Shown here in pieces: positions 1-11,595 of a stretch of 38,540 nucleotides of DNA (position 1 is the stretch's first letter; each line of letters begins with the position of its first letter). The DNA lies in IMG/VR virus record IMGVR_UViG_2541047933_000012; one strand, given 5' to 3'. This DNA comes from a virus. Taxonomy: Duplodnaviria > Heunggongvirae > Uroviricota > Caudoviricetes. Under the pieces are notes generated by a model. It ran no database searches. It had not been told where the DNA came from and saw only the letters and a program-made list of their open reading frames with translations. Both the position numbers and the translations under genes were made by a program.

Positions 1-129
1 ATGCTTATTGGCTATGTACGTGTGTCAACAAATGACCAGAACACAGATCTACAACGTAATGCGCTGAACTGTGCAGGATGCGAGCTGATTTTTGAAGACA
101 AGATAAGCGGTACAAAGTCCGAGACCTAG
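1..129 (+). pseudogene. Truncated serine recombinase (Pin/Hin-family DNA invertase) N-terminal remnant
   Basis: Translation from nt 1 gives MLIGYVRVSTNDQNTDLQRNAL..., the conserved invertase N-terminus with the catalytic Ser, ending at TAG 127-129 after 42 codons; intact invertases are about 190 aa. Confidence 0.55.
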
Positions 130-224
130 GGCTGACACTGCTGTTCTTGATGCAAATTAAAGTATTTAATAGTGAGTAGCGGCCTTACTAATGTAAGGCC
201 ACTATAATCATTTTATTAATTGCA

Positions 225-2174
225 TTAATCGTGTTTTGGCCATACTTTCAATGCAATTTCCCCCAACTTTTTACCCCGCTCCAGGATTTCATCCTCATCC
301 CATTTATCCTTAACTATAAGTGGAATGTTCAGTCGTAGATTGGTGTGGACGATGAGAGCATCACGTTTTTTCAGAAATACAGCATTCTGAACAGAACGGT
401 TTACGCTAAGGTTAAGCAAAGTTAGATTTCCCAAAGTAGATATCGCTTGTTGCCGTTTCCTTACCAGTAGCTGTTCAGGGGTAAGATCGGTTCCAGACAG
501 AACAATTTGGTTCAATACCGTAGCATCTGAATTTGTCACCATACGACCATTTTCGAGAGGCCAACAGGAATACCAACTTTGAGGCATAAGATGATCGATA
601 TCGAGATTAGAAAGATTTGGAACATCAGGCTTTTCTGTCTTTACTTGGCGACAAAGTTCTCTTTCAAGTTCCGTTAACATTGAGCGCATTTTCGGTGCGT
701 CGAGCCTGCCAGGATAAAGTGGAGCATTGATGCAAGCGTTGAGAAATTCTGAGTCACCAGGCCAACGTGAGGCTTCGCCATTTAAGTTATTGAGGATATT
801 ACGTAACTCAACACTGGAAATTTCCGTTTTAGCCAAGTGCCGCAATACATTCATAAATACATTGTTGTAATTCTTTGGCGTCAGGCCACATACGGCTCTT
901 CGTACTACGTAGGAGACAAGATCATTATACATGGCTGCTTTCTCATCATCAGCGATGTTAGCTATCGAAATGAACAAAGCAAGCGGATAAAGTGTCGTCA
1001 CATCATAGTCTGCGATGCGATATCCAAAGTGTGAGATGGGGGTTGTGCCAAAACCATCAACCAATTCTTTATATTGTGATGCATATTGTTTGAGGCGCTT
1101 TACTTGCAGATCTGCTCGTTGTGAAGACAAGTCCTTACTTACATAATCACGATACTCATTGTAAAGGCGAGACAGATCAATTTCACGTTGCCTTTCTGAT
1201 TGCAATGTCGCATGTACTAGCCACTCCATGCGTGGTTTATTAATACGTCCACGGCGTTGTTTTTCCGACCAGTATTTATCTTCAAAGCTCTTCCACTCAT
1301 TTTCATATAATTCAATAGCATTAATATTTTCATGCTCAGCGCACATAAAGATATAGTTGCGAATAAGATCCGTAGCATGAAGTTCCGCCCCTCGCCCATT
1401 TAATGTTTCAAAAATTATTTGGGCATCATCTTCAGCTTCGAGAAATATGCTTACCAGTTTCAGATCTGTTAAGACAGCCTCAATTAGAGCTACAGCATTT
1501 TCTTGTGGTGAGTGGTTTTCTATTTTAATCCATTTTATAAAGGCTTCAGTAAAAAAACATAATGCTTCTAGTGATGGCGGGTGATTAAAATGCTTACGCA
1601 ACGTACCATGCTGCGTGAAACTATCAGAGAATACGTCCCGGAGATCGTCAATATTTTCAACATTAAAACTTTGAATAAAATGAGTTTGATCCCGAAAAGT
1701 TGGCCACAGTTTGAAGCGTTCTACTTCTTTATTTCGCATTGTGTCTTCGTTTGAGTTTTTCAGGCAAGGCGAAATGAGAGCCTCTAAGCTGGAAAGATCC
1801 GTAGCACGTAATGCTAATCGGATGGATGCCAGAACATATTGAAGAGTGGTCAATCGTTGCTGACCATCAATAATATGTATGGAATCTACACCTAATAATC
1901 CTTTTTTTGATTGAGGTTCCAGTACAACCGCACCAAGGAAATGGGGAGTTGGTTTTGTACCCGAGAGCCGGGATTGTACTTTCTCTAGGATATCCTCCAG
2001 TAGAGCTGACCACTGGTCTTGCTGAGTCCATACATAGGCACGTTGATAGAATGGAACACAGTATTGTCGGCGGTCTTGAAAAAGTTGTTGGACAGTTAGC
2101 GTCTCGGATTTCATGGTATACCTGTAAGCGACATTGTACAAAAGTGAGGAGTTAATCTGATTTAGAACAATCAT
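225..2174 (-). CDS. DUF262/DUF1524 two-domain protein, GmrSD-like type IV (modification-dependent) restriction endonuclease candidate
   Basis: 649-aa ORF with N-terminal ParB-like DGQQR motif (IIDGQQRLTTL) and C-terminal HNH-like DUF1524 motifs (DIDHLMPQ, GNLTLLN). True start may be the internal Met at 2114. Confidence 0.6.
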   Translation of the reverse strand: MIVLNQINSSLLYNVAYRYTMKSETLTVQQLFQDRRQYCVPFYQRAYVWTQQDQWSALLEDILEKVQSRLSGTKPTPHFLGAVVLEPQSKKGLLGVDSIHIIDGQQRLTTLQYVLASIRLALRATDLSSLEALISPCLKNSNEDTMRNKEVERFKLWPTFRDQTHFIQSFNVENIDDLRDVFSDSFTQHGTLRKHFNHPPSLEALCFFTEAFIKWIKIENHSPQENAVALIEAVLTDLKLVSIFLEAEDDAQIIFETLNGRGAELHATDLIRNYIFMCAEHENINAIELYENEWKSFEDKYWSEKQRRGRINKPRMEWLVHATLQSERQREIDLSRLYNEYRDYVSKDLSSQRADLQVKRLKQYASQYKELVDGFGTTPISHFGYRIADYDVTTLYPLALFISIANIADDEKAAMYNDLVSYVVRRAVCGLTPKNYNNVFMNVLRHLAKTEISSVELRNILNNLNGEASRWPGDSEFLNACINAPLYPGRLDAPKMRSMLTELERELCRQVKTEKPDVPNLSNLDIDHLMPQSWYSCWPLENGRMVTNSDATVLNQIVLSGTDLTPEQLLVRKRQQAISTLGNLTLLNLSVNRSVQNAVFLKKRDALIVHTNLRLNIPLIVKDKWDEDEILERGKKLGEIALKVWPKHD

Positions 2175-2538
2175 TTTATTTTGCTATGATACAACGTATT
2201 TGTTACCGATTAAGTAAAAAACGCGTCTGAACGCTGACGTTTTAGGGCTTTACTGGTTATTCTTTCTTATCTCTTCATCATCCCATCGGCATCCTGTCGA
2301 GGTTGTTGACTTGTTGTTATTTATTTTGTCTAGGCGCTGTTTAATTATTATTGATAGAATTGATGGTGAGAGGTGATTGAAACCGTAGGCACGTCGTTTG
2401 CAAGGACGTGCTACGACTGGCTGGTGAACTTCCGATAGTGCGAGTATTGAATGATTTCCTACGTGCTAACTAGTGAACAAACAACTCTTCAGTAGACTCT
2501 CAGGTATCATTCAGAGTTTCCTGAACGAAAGTTTTAGC

Positions 2539-2717
2539 TCAATCTTTATCTGCAGTATGTCTAACTGAAAAACTATCGTTGCTGGTGGCTTTTACGATCA
2601 TCTCCACATCGTCATAACGCTTGCCAATGTGTTGGGTTAATTCTTCCTTTAACGCGTCCACAGCGCCGTTTGGCATTTGGTCATTTTGTCTTTGGCTATG
2701 GAGATCTCAATACGCAT
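2539..2717 (-). pseudogene. dinI-like SOS gene, apparently frameshifted
   Basis: Minus-strand ATG at 2717 gives [14 protein letters not shown], then stops; the rest continues one frame over as [37 protein letters not shown]. Both halves match the DinI family pattern; span length is not a multiple of 3. Confidence 0.5.
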
Positions 2718-2732
2718 AACACTTCTTTTGTA

Positions 2733-2776
2733 CTGCGTTTGTAGACAGTATTATTCTTATCTGTGTAAATAAACAG
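2733..2776. promoter_or_regulatory. Two tandem LexA (SOS) boxes upstream of the dinI-like gene
   Basis: CTGTGTAAATAAACAG at 2761-2776 is a perfect CTGT-N8-ACAG box; CTGCGTTTGTAGACAG at 2733-2748 has one mismatch. Both lie within about 60 bp upstream of the start at 2717. Confidence 0.5.
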
Positions 2777-2958
2777 TATCAAGACTTCGTTTTAGCTGCA
2801 TAAGAAAAAAGAGATGGATACATTCGGAAAGATTTTGATGGTGGTAGGCTAAGTGAATAGCCTAAAGGTGTTTTACCCCAATTATTCCCCGGTATTTCTC
2901 CGCATAAAAAACAATCATAAAAAAACCAGCCATAATAGGCTGGTTCTTAAGGGATTTT

Positions 2959-3015
2959 TGGTCGGCACGAGAGGATTTGAACCTCCGCCCCCCGACACCC
3001 CATGATGGCGAGCTA
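2959..3015 (-). other. Orphan 3-prime fragment of tRNA-Pro (anticodon loop through CCA), likely attR core; not a functional tRNA
   Basis: Reverse complement reads ...CATGGGGTGTCGGGGGGCGGAGGTTCAAATCCTCTCGTGCCGACCA, matching the 3-prime ~45 nt of enterobacterial tRNA-Pro (GGG) as recalled, with one T-stem mismatch; no D-arm or 5-prime acceptor strand follows. Confidence 0.55.
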
Positions 3016-3114
3016 CGATCTTAAGGGCTGTTATGTGCCAGAAACAGAGATTTTTATATTCCTCACTCTGGAAATCATAATGCTAACTAGTAGGGATTAT
3101 AAGTTGTCAATTGA

Positions 3115-4537
<1,423 letters not shown>

Positions 4538-4698
4538 GATGCCTCCACCACGCTGCAGAGTTCTTCCTGCAACATGTCAAAGTAGTCATCATCCAGATCG
4601 GTGGCAGGCGTGCCTGTCTGGGGGTTACCACGGGTAAAACCGTTCTTACCCGCGCCGAACTTATCCTTCTGCGCGGTTTTCGTGTCTATACGATGCAT
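4538..4698 (-). pseudogene. Tail-fibre gene 5-prime fragment truncated by the IS26-like element
   Basis: Minus-strand ATG at 4698 opens MHRIDTKTAQKDKFGAGKNGFTRGNPQTGTPATDLDDDYFDMLQEEL..., which runs straight into the IS right repeat after 53 codons. It sits where the tail fibre follows the gp48-like gene. Confidence 0.45.
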
Positions 4699-4701
4699 GG
4701 A

Positions 4702-5286
4702 TTACTCCGGATATTTAAAAATTACGTAGGTATGCGAAGGGCAGAGTTTGTTAAGCACACATTCGACGACGGTGTCGCCCCAGATACGCAGCGCGGAATC
4801 ACAGGGATCGCCACATGTCATCCAGGTGCTGTTGGTGGCGGCTGGCATGTTGACCTGCCAGTAATACCGCCATTCCGGCGCATTCACCGCGTCAGTACAG
4901 GCCGATGAGCAGGTGAACGTGCTTTTGTCGTATCGCGTGATGGTGGCGTCTGGTCTGCCCAGGGCAGCAAGCTGTGCAAGGTAAAAATCCTCATTGATGC
5001 CGCCCGCCAGGTTAACCTTCGCATCCAGTCGTTGCTGACGCTGGCGAAGGGTCTGTGTTCCTGCGGGAATACATTCATCCGGCAGGCCGCACAGACGCTC
5101 CCAGCGATTTATCAGTTCGGTGGTGGTGCGCGGATCCAGCTCCCGCATCAGGGCATCCGCACGCTGATGAACGCGGGTTAATGACTGTGCCGCACCGGCA
5201 ATCGCCGGATCGCTGGCTGACCACGCCGGACCGGGCGGCAGCAGTGCCGACAACAGACGGATGTAATCATCGTTTGTCACGCCCAT
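4702..5286 (-). CDS. Baseplate/tail protein, DUF2313 (Mu gp48 / YmfQ-like)
   Basis: 194 aa with the LLPPGPAW motif typical of DUF2313; sits immediately after the baseplate J-like gene. Confidence 0.55.
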   Translation of the reverse strand: MGVTNDDYIRLLSALLPPGPAWSASDPAIAGAAQSLTRVHQRADALMRELDPRTTTELINRWERLCGLPDECIPAGTQTLRQRQQRLDAKVNLAGGINEDFYLAQLAALGRPDATITRYDKSTFTCSSACTDAVNAPEWRYYWQVNMPAATNSTWMTCGDPCDSALRIWGDTVVECVLNKLCPSHTYVIFKYPE

Positions 5287-6335
5287 GAAATCGTCCCCAG
5301 AACCGCCAGTTCATTTTTTGCAATGGAGATATTTTCCGCCGGTGCAAGCAATTGATGGCTGTATTCCCCGTTCGCACCGGAAATCGCTTCACTGATACGC
5401 GACACCTTCAGTTCTCCCTGCGGATAACCATCACGCAGCAGGAACGAACGCAACTCCGCGGTGATGGCAGCCCGTATTTCCGGTGTATCCGGCGTCACAC
5501 GGATATGAAAATCCACCGTATGCGCCACCGGCCTGAACACATACAAATCAGAGCCTGCCACCGGGGCCAGTGGCCCGATATGTTGTCTTGCCGCCGTTTC
5601 CGTTGATTCTTCCGGAATGGGATTAATCAGGTCACTGCTGGCAATCATCACACCGACAGTCCCCGTTCCCATCCAGTGACGGTATGCCCATGCGCGGGTA
5701 ATGCCGGGCAATTCTTTAGCCCAGACAACATAGTCCCCGTCAGCCCCGCCCTGAGGCGTCCAGTAATACCGCTCAATGACGCGGGCGCGCCACGTTTCCA
5801 GCTCTTCAGTATCAAATCCACCTGTCAGAGTGTCTGCCACGCCGGAAGACGGCAGACCATTAACCGGCGTGACCAGGATTAATGACGTACCGTCGTCAGC
5901 GTTACCGACCGCGCCTGCACTTGAGCAGGCGATCGGCACGCGCAGGACACCACCGGCGCTGGTTGCATCGGCAGTTGCCGTGTACTGAATCAGGTCATCG
6001 CGCTGAATAACACTCCCGGCGGTCACCTTCAGGCCATCGCTGACGCCTTCCCAGCGCATATACCCGCTGGCAGTCGTGGCCCCCTTGCGCGGACACCGTT
6101 TCATCGCAGCATGTCGCGCCAGCCAGGACTCATCGCACAGGTCAGGCAGCATGTTCATTGCCAGATAATCGATGTACCCGTAAACCGTATGCAGCGCCGC
6201 CGCATACACCTTTGCCCGCACGTCTTCATCCATGCGCCGGAGCGTGTCGCTGACGTCCAGCCTGGCGAATAAATCGTTACGGAGCATACTGATATTTTCT
6301 GCCAGCGTCGGGCGCTGAAATTCACTGTCCGCCAT
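5277..6335 (-). CDS. Baseplate J-like protein (Mu gp47-like)
   Basis: 352-aa ORF in conserved Mu-like baseplate gene order with overlapping start/stop. Confidence 0.6.
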   Translation of the reverse strand: MADSEFQRPTLAENISMLRNDLFARLDVSDTLRRMDEDVRAKVYAAALHTVYGYIDYLAMNMLPDLCDESWLARHAAMKRCPRKGATTASGYMRWEGVSDGLKVTAGSVIQRDDLIQYTATADATSAGGVLRVPIACSSAGAVGNADDGTSLILVTPVNGLPSSGVADTLTGGFDTEELETWRARVIERYYWTPQGGADGDYVVWAKELPGITRAWAYRHWMGTGTVGVMIASSDLINPIPEESTETAARQHIGPLAPVAGSDLYVFRPVAHTVDFHIRVTPDTPEIRAAITAELRSFLLRDGYPQGELKVSRISEAISGANGEYSHQLLAPAENISIAKNELAVLGTISWA

Positions 6336-6750
6336 GCGTTATCGCACTCCACAGATCATCTAAAGAAATCATTACCGGTCCGTCACGACGCCAGAGAGTG
6401 ATACTGTTACCCAGTTCATTAATCCCGGTGCGGAGGATATCCAGATCAATACGGGACACCACGCCGTCATCAATCATCCATTGCAGGCATTCGCGGATAT
6501 ACCCCCTTACCGTCTGCACCAGCTGATTGGTCAGTTTGCTGCGCTGAAGCAGCCACAGTCGGGAGCCGTAACGGTCATTCTGTACCGCAGGCCAGGTATC
6601 CCCCCACCATCCCATCGGGACGTCGGCGTTGTCATCAGGCTCCGCCCGCCGCCAGGTAAACAGGGAAATCACCACGGCGCGGGTCAGCGGATCCAGCGGT
6701 GCGCTGGCGCAGGTGCGTTTACCGTTCACCGTCAGCCACAGTTCCATCAT
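6322..6750 (-). CDS. Baseplate protein, Mu gp46-like
   Basis: 142 aa; position between spike V and J-like genes. Confidence 0.5.
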   Translation of the reverse strand: MMELWLTVNGKRTCASAPLDPLTRAVVISLFTWRRAEPDDNADVPMGWWGDTWPAVQNDRYGSRLWLLQRSKLTNQLVQTVRGYIRECLQWMIDDGVVSRIDLDILRTGINELGNSITLWRRDGPVMISLDDLWSAITHGGQ

Positions 6751-7295
6751 GCCTCCATCGCTTTATCAGGTTTGTCGGTGTTACTGCCCTGACCGTTCTC
6801 TCTGTGACGATGCCCGTTATAGGCAAGCCGCATCGCTGACATGGTGGTGCCGCTGGAGTCGCACAGGTCTTTCACCTGTCCTGTCACTTCCAGGTCCATT
6901 TCAAAACGTGCTTCAGGTGCATTGCGAAACGTGATCGTTTTACCTGCACCGTCCACCACGATCCCCTCCCGGGTCAGCGTCACAGACTGCCCCTGATCGT
7001 CATAGACCGCCACCTCACCCGTCTGCAGCCCTTTCAGGCGGTAGCGCCGGTCCGACACCGTAACAACCACCGCATGAGAACGGTCACCATCCGGAAACAA
7101 CACCACCGCTTCCGCACCGCTGTTTGCCCTTGCGGTAAAACCGTAGGGTTCAAGATGTTCAACCCCGGCTTTGGGTTCACCGGCAATCAGGGACACATCC
7201 ACGGTCTGACATTTCGTGGCGGCACTGATGCTTTTCACCACTGCCCGCCCAATCAGGCCGAGGAGTTGTCGCTGCATGGCTTCAATCGTACTCAT
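6747..7295 (-). CDS. Baseplate assembly/spike protein V-like (Mu gp45-like)
   Basis: 182 aa; gene order and overlapping stop/start coupling. Confidence 0.55.
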   Translation of the reverse strand: MSTIEAMQRQLLGLIGRAVVKSISAATKCQTVDVSLIAGEPKAGVEHLEPYGFTARANSGAEAVVLFPDGDRSHAVVVTVSDRRYRLKGLQTGEVAVYDDQGQSVTLTREGIVVDGAGKTITFRNAPEARFEMDLEVTGQVKDLCDSSGTTMSAMRLAYNGHRHRENGQGSNTDKPDKAMEA

Positions 7296-8374
7296 CAGAA
7301 CGGGTCCTCCTGTACTCTGGCTTTTTTCTTTTTCCGCGCGCCGGGGGCTTCGGGTTCAGGCAGATAAGCATCAGGTGGGCCGACACGGATTTCCGTCAGG
7401 GTGCCGTTCTGGTCCTGAGTAAACGTGACTTCCGAGACAAGCAGTTCGGTATTGTCGAAACCACAGACCGGATCGAAGACAATCACCCGCTGGTTGGGCT
7501 GCCACAGCGTACCGTTACCCTGTCGCCAGCCCTGCACCACATAGGTGGTTTCATCCGTCCGCGCCGCCCGTTGTCGGGCTTCAAAGTCAGCACGCGCAAT
7601 ACAGCCTGCCCCCGTAGCCTGCCCTGTCTGCCTGATATACATCGGACGGTAACGGGCAATAAATGCGTCCTCTGTGCGGGCCCGCAGCGCGCTGGTGGTG
7701 GCCTCACCGAAATCATCGTCGTTTCCAGCACGCTGCCCCGCCACCTGGTAAACAGAAAACCGCTCCCGGATACTCTTCTCCGTATCGCAGGAAAGGATGT
7801 TTTCCCCGAGTACCAGCGCAGTATGTGCCCGCGTTGAGCCAATACCGCCAATCACCAGCCTGCCGTGTGGGTCGTCGTAAGCCAGTGCCTGCTGCTGACC
7901 GAGTATTTTGTTGATTACCTCAATCACCGTTTCACCGTGATCGGGCTGGACGTCAGGAATAACACCCGACGGCGCACCGTTGTTCACCACCTCAATGCCG
8001 AAAGGCGCAGCAAGCGCCTGCGCAATCTGTACCAGCGATCGTCCGTTAAACTGTGTCGGTTCGGCTGCACAGTCAATCAGGTCAGCGGTCAGACTGCGTC
8101 CGGCAATACCGGTGCTGACCGAACGGGCATCGTAACGAACGGGCGTCGCCTCCACCCAGCCGGTGATCACCAGCTCATCACCAATCAGCACCTCCACTTT
8201 TGAACCGTTTTTAATGCGCGGCTGAAGCGTGGTGATACCCTCATCACCCGGCCACTGGCGGGTGATCTCCACACTGAAATCCCGCGCCAGCCGTTCAATA
8301 CCGGCACCGATGCGCACCGATGTCCAGCCATTCCACTCCCGGCCATTTACCCGTAGCGTGACGTTATCGTTCAT
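7295..8374 (-). CDS. Baseplate hub / tail protein, Mu gpP (gp44)-like
   Basis: 359 aa, immediately downstream of the DNA-circularization-like gene; C-terminal lysine run (ARKKKKAR). Confidence 0.5.
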   Translation of the reverse strand: MNDNVTLRVNGREWNGWTSVRIGAGIERLARDFSVEITRQWPGDEGITTLQPRIKNGSKVEVLIGDELVITGWVEATPVRYDARSVSTGIAGRSLTADLIDCAAEPTQFNGRSLVQIAQALAAPFGIEVVNNGAPSGVIPDVQPDHGETVIEVINKILGQQQALAYDDPHGRLVIGGIGSTRAHTALVLGENILSCDTEKSIRERFSVYQVAGQRAGNDDDFGEATTSALRARTEDAFIARYRPMYIRQTGQATGAGCIARADFEARQRAARTDETTYVVQGWRQGNGTLWQPNQRVIVFDPVCGFDNTELLVSEVTFTQDQNGTLTEIRVGPPDAYLPEPEAPGARKKKKARVQEDPF

Positions 8375-9741
8375 TGCACTGGCACCTTCAGAGGGATCAC
8401 CGGCACAAAGCCGGGATGCGTAATGGCATTACGCCGGATAATGTCCGCGTCACGCGCCGCGTTATCAAACCAGGTCGCCGCCAGCACCAGCGCGGGTAAA
8501 ACCTCATCCGGTGTGCGCTGAATGATCCGTGCAGACTGTTCAAGGCGCGTGTTGATATCCGCATTCAGATCTGCTTTCACCCGGCGCAGCGCCAGAAACA
8601 GCACATCACTGGTTGTACGGGACAACTCCTTATCAATTGCCGTATTCAGTGTGTCGCGAATGTCGGTCAGTTCTTCCCACGTTGGCAGGTCAACCGTGTT
8701 TTTCACCGCCGGTGCATTGTTCAGTGCCGGATGCGTGACAGAAGGCCAGCCGGTGCTCTGCGCGGGTGTTGTTGACTGCCCCACTGTGGCATTCTGCATC
8801 ACCGCGGAAGTTGTGGGCGCAGGCAATCGTGTGACGGCATACGCCGCTTCGCTGATTGCGGTCGTACGAAGGGTGCTGGCAACCACGTTACGCTGCTGCG
8901 TCGCCGTGGCGGTGGTTTTACTGTCCGTTTTCCAGACGCCGCGCGGTTGCAGATCGCTGCCGAGGCTGACACCGGAAAGCGTTTTGATCATGGTGACCAG
9001 GTCGCTGGCGTTACCATAAAGGCGTTTCCCGGTACGCCACATTTTCTGCACCTGCTCAACGAAATTTTTGCCTGACGATGGCGGCGGCAGAAGTACCGAG
9101 ATATCCCCCTGCAACAGCCTGGCGGCATCCGATACGGCAGAATCCACCACTTTCATCGCATCAGAAACATACCCAAGCATTGTGCTGGCATTACCGACGA
9201 CGTCGTTCTGCACAAAATCTGCCACGCCATCGATACTGAAACCACTGAAGCTGTCACTGATGCAGTCATCCAGTGCAGAACAGGATGACATCAGCGTCTG
9301 CGCCGTCGCCGCACCTGAAGTGGGGTAAGAGAGTTCTCCCGCTTCGACAAACTTCAGGTCAAAGCGGACAATACGCCCTTCACTCTTCGATGTGCTGACC
9401 CGAACTTCCCCGTCAACACAGACTTTCAGCTCACCGTAAGTCGGATGGACAAGCGTGCCGGGACCGGGTTTATTCAGCGCGTCAATCAGGCGATCGCGCT
9501 GGTCAAAGCAGTCATCTCCCACCACATAAGCTGTGATGGACGGGCGGAAAGTGATTTTCCCCAGGTCTTCGGTATAGGGTTTGTCGCGGTTCGGGTATTC
9601 GTGCGTTTCCACACGACGACCGGTTCCCGCACTTTCTTCTTCAACCTTAAACGGCACACCGCGAAATGACGCGTCCTGAAGTCTGTCTTTCCACGTCATA
9701 TAAACTCCGTACATAAAAAATCCCACCGGAGTGGGACTCAT
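8371..9741 (-). CDS. DNA circularization protein N-like tail protein (Mu gpN-like)
   Basis: 456 aa following the tape measure gene; N-terminal region resembles the Mu N family. Confidence 0.55.
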   Translation of the reverse strand: MSPTPVGFFMYGVYMTWKDRLQDASFRGVPFKVEEESAGTGRRVETHEYPNRDKPYTEDLGKITFRPSITAYVVGDDCFDQRDRLIDALNKPGPGTLVHPTYGELKVCVDGEVRVSTSKSEGRIVRFDLKFVEAGELSYPTSGAATAQTLMSSCSALDDCISDSFSGFSIDGVADFVQNDVVGNASTMLGYVSDAMKVVDSAVSDAARLLQGDISVLLPPPSSGKNFVEQVQKMWRTGKRLYGNASDLVTMIKTLSGVSLGSDLQPRGVWKTDSKTTATATQQRNVVASTLRTTAISEAAYAVTRLPAPTTSAVMQNATVGQSTTPAQSTGWPSVTHPALNNAPAVKNTVDLPTWEELTDIRDTLNTAIDKELSRTTSDVLFLALRRVKADLNADINTRLEQSARIIQRTPDEVLPALVLAATWFDNAARDADIIRRNAITHPGFVPVIPLKVPVQ

Positions 9742-9759
9742 TAACAGATTAATTTTTCA

Positions 9760-11595
9760 TTACCTGCCAAAGCGCGTATAGCCAACATCATGGCTGACAT
9801 CAAAACCGCTGGATCGCGTTTCCATAACCCGCATACCCGGAGGTGAATTCACAAAAGAGACCTTGATCTCACCATCAACTTTTGGCGCAGAAGCTTTGTT
9901 AATCATGAAGGGATTCGGGCCTGTGGCACCGGAGGCGTTGTTTGACTGAGCCGGATCCACCGCCTGATAAGGTGTGTATCCCCGTGCCGGTATTCCCGTC
10001 CCATAAGCATCATAAGCACCCGCGCCCCACTGCGCAGAGTTAATGGCATCGACCGTGTCACCGGAACTGTCGGTAAACCACTCAATAATTGGCTTCAGCT
10101 TGTCCCACATATCCTGAAACCACTTAACAACCGGTCCCCAGTTATTGATTACCATCCCCAGCGGCGACCAGGCAAAAACCTTCTTCAGAAGTTCCCGGCC
10201 AGCCTCAAAATAAGGACCAATGGTTTCCCAGAGCTTCTTGAAATAAGGTCCGACAACATCCCAGTTAGTGATAATTAATCCCGCAGCCAGGGCTATCGCC
10301 GTCGCAATCATGCCAATCGGCGTCATCGACATGATCCTGCTGACAATACTGATGGCACCGCCAACGCCCATCAATCCCAGTTTCAGAATCGCAAGACCGG
10401 CAGCAAGCCCGACGACGCCGCGAATAACCCGGGGATTTTCATCCGCAAACTTCGTGAATTTCTCCCCCAACTCCCCCAGCCATTGCGTGATATTTTTAGC
10501 GTCACCAGAAAATGCGCCGCCAATAGCCGCAAGGCCGTTAGTTGCGGTCCCTGTCATTGCCTCCCACAGGTTGGACAGCGTACCAAGCTGTGCCTGAACA
10601 CGTTTATTCAGACTGGCCTGTTTATTCATCTTCTGCTGGATCTGGTCGTAGCCATCCTTTCCTTTATCGATTAGTGCATTGACCACCTGAAGGGTTTCGG
10701 CATCATCACCAAATATTGCCTTAAGTACACCAGTTCGCTTAACGTCGGTCAGTTTTCGCAGCTTTGCCAGTTGCCTGAACATGTTATCAAGACCGCCAAA
10801 ACTCCCTTTGCCGTCAGTAAAATCGAGCTGTACCCCGAGTTTCTGGCGGGCCATGACTTTATTGACGTCCCTGATTTTCTTAACGCTTAATCCGGACTGG
10901 ATAACTTTTCGCAGGGCGTTACCTGCCGACTCCCCGTTCATCCCCATCTGATCCATCATGACGCTGATGGGGGCAAGGCTCTGTGCAGCCTGAAGACCGT
11001 CCTTGTTCACCATCTTCAGAACAGAGCTGGTTTTAGTGAAGAAGGACAACATGTTGGTATCGTCAACGCCCAGATAAAACGCCTTCTGGATAGTGTCGAA
11101 CAGCCCCATCATGTCTTCTGACGCCGTTCCGGTAGCATCCTGCATCTTTGCGGCAAACTCGGCAGCCGCTTCCGGTGTTTTTTTCAGTTGTACCGCAAGA
11201 TAAGCTGTCGCTTTACCCACACCGCCAAGAATGTTTTCTGCCGGGATCCCCTGACGCACCAGCATCTGCATCATGTTCTGGAAATCAGCCGTTGTACCGG
11301 GTAGCTGGTTACCCAGACCAATAGCCAGTTTATTGATGTCCTGAAAGCGCTTTCCGACCTCACCGTTCGCATCCATCATGGCAACTTTCAGCCCGGTGGC
11401 GGCGTTTTCCTGATCGGCATAAGATTTCAGGGAAAGCGTCAGACCCGCAGCCAGTCCGCCACCAAGCGCCAGCCCACCCTGTGACGCTTCTTCCGCCTGG
11501 CGTTTAAATCCCCGGATTTTCTTTTGCATTTTCGACAGCGCGGGAGAAAGCCTGTCGACACCGGTGATCAACGCCTTAAGCTCAAATTCAGCCAT
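9760..11595 (-). CDS. Tail tape measure protein
   Basis: 611 aa, Gly/Ala-rich with hydrophobic glycine-zipper segments in the C-terminal half; located after the frameshifted chaperone pair. Confidence 0.75.
   Translation of the reverse strand: MAEFELKALITGVDRLSPALSKMQKKIRGFKRQAEEASQGGLALGGGLAAGLTLSLKSYADQENAATGLKVAMMDANGEVGKRFQDINKLAIGLGNQLPGTTADFQNMMQMLVRQGIPAENILGGVGKATAYLAVQLKKTPEAAAEFAAKMQDATGTASEDMMGLFDTIQKAFYLGVDDTNMLSFFTKTSSVLKMVNKDGLQAAQSLAPISVMMDQMGMNGESAGNALRKVIQSGLSVKKIRDVNKVMARQKLGVQLDFTDGKGSFGGLDNMFRQLAKLRKLTDVKRTGVLKAIFGDDAETLQVVNALIDKGKDGYDQIQQKMNKQASLNKRVQAQLGTLSNLWEAMTGTATNGLAAIGGAFSGDAKNITQWLGELGEKFTKFADENPRVIRGVVGLAAGLAILKLGLMGVGGAISIVSRIMSMTPIGMIATAIALAAGLIITNWDVVGPYFKKLWETIGPYFEAGRELLKKVFAWSPLGMVINNWGPVVKWFQDMWDKLKPIIEWFTDSSGDTVDAINSAQWGAGAYDAYGTGIPARGYTPYQAVDPAQSNNASGATGPNPFMINKASAPKVDGEIKVSFVNSPPGMRVMETRSSGFDVSHDVGYTRFGR

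Noticed and set aside
2959-3015. Possible functional tRNA-Pro gene
   Set aside because: Only the 3-prime ~45-57 nt match a tRNA; the D-arm and 5-prime acceptor strand are absent, so it is an att-type remnant.
5055-8203. Multiple 60-110-aa plus-strand ORFs within the baseplate region
   Set aside because: All are antisense to longer, overlapping-coupled minus-strand tail genes and have no start context; GC-rich shadow ORFs.
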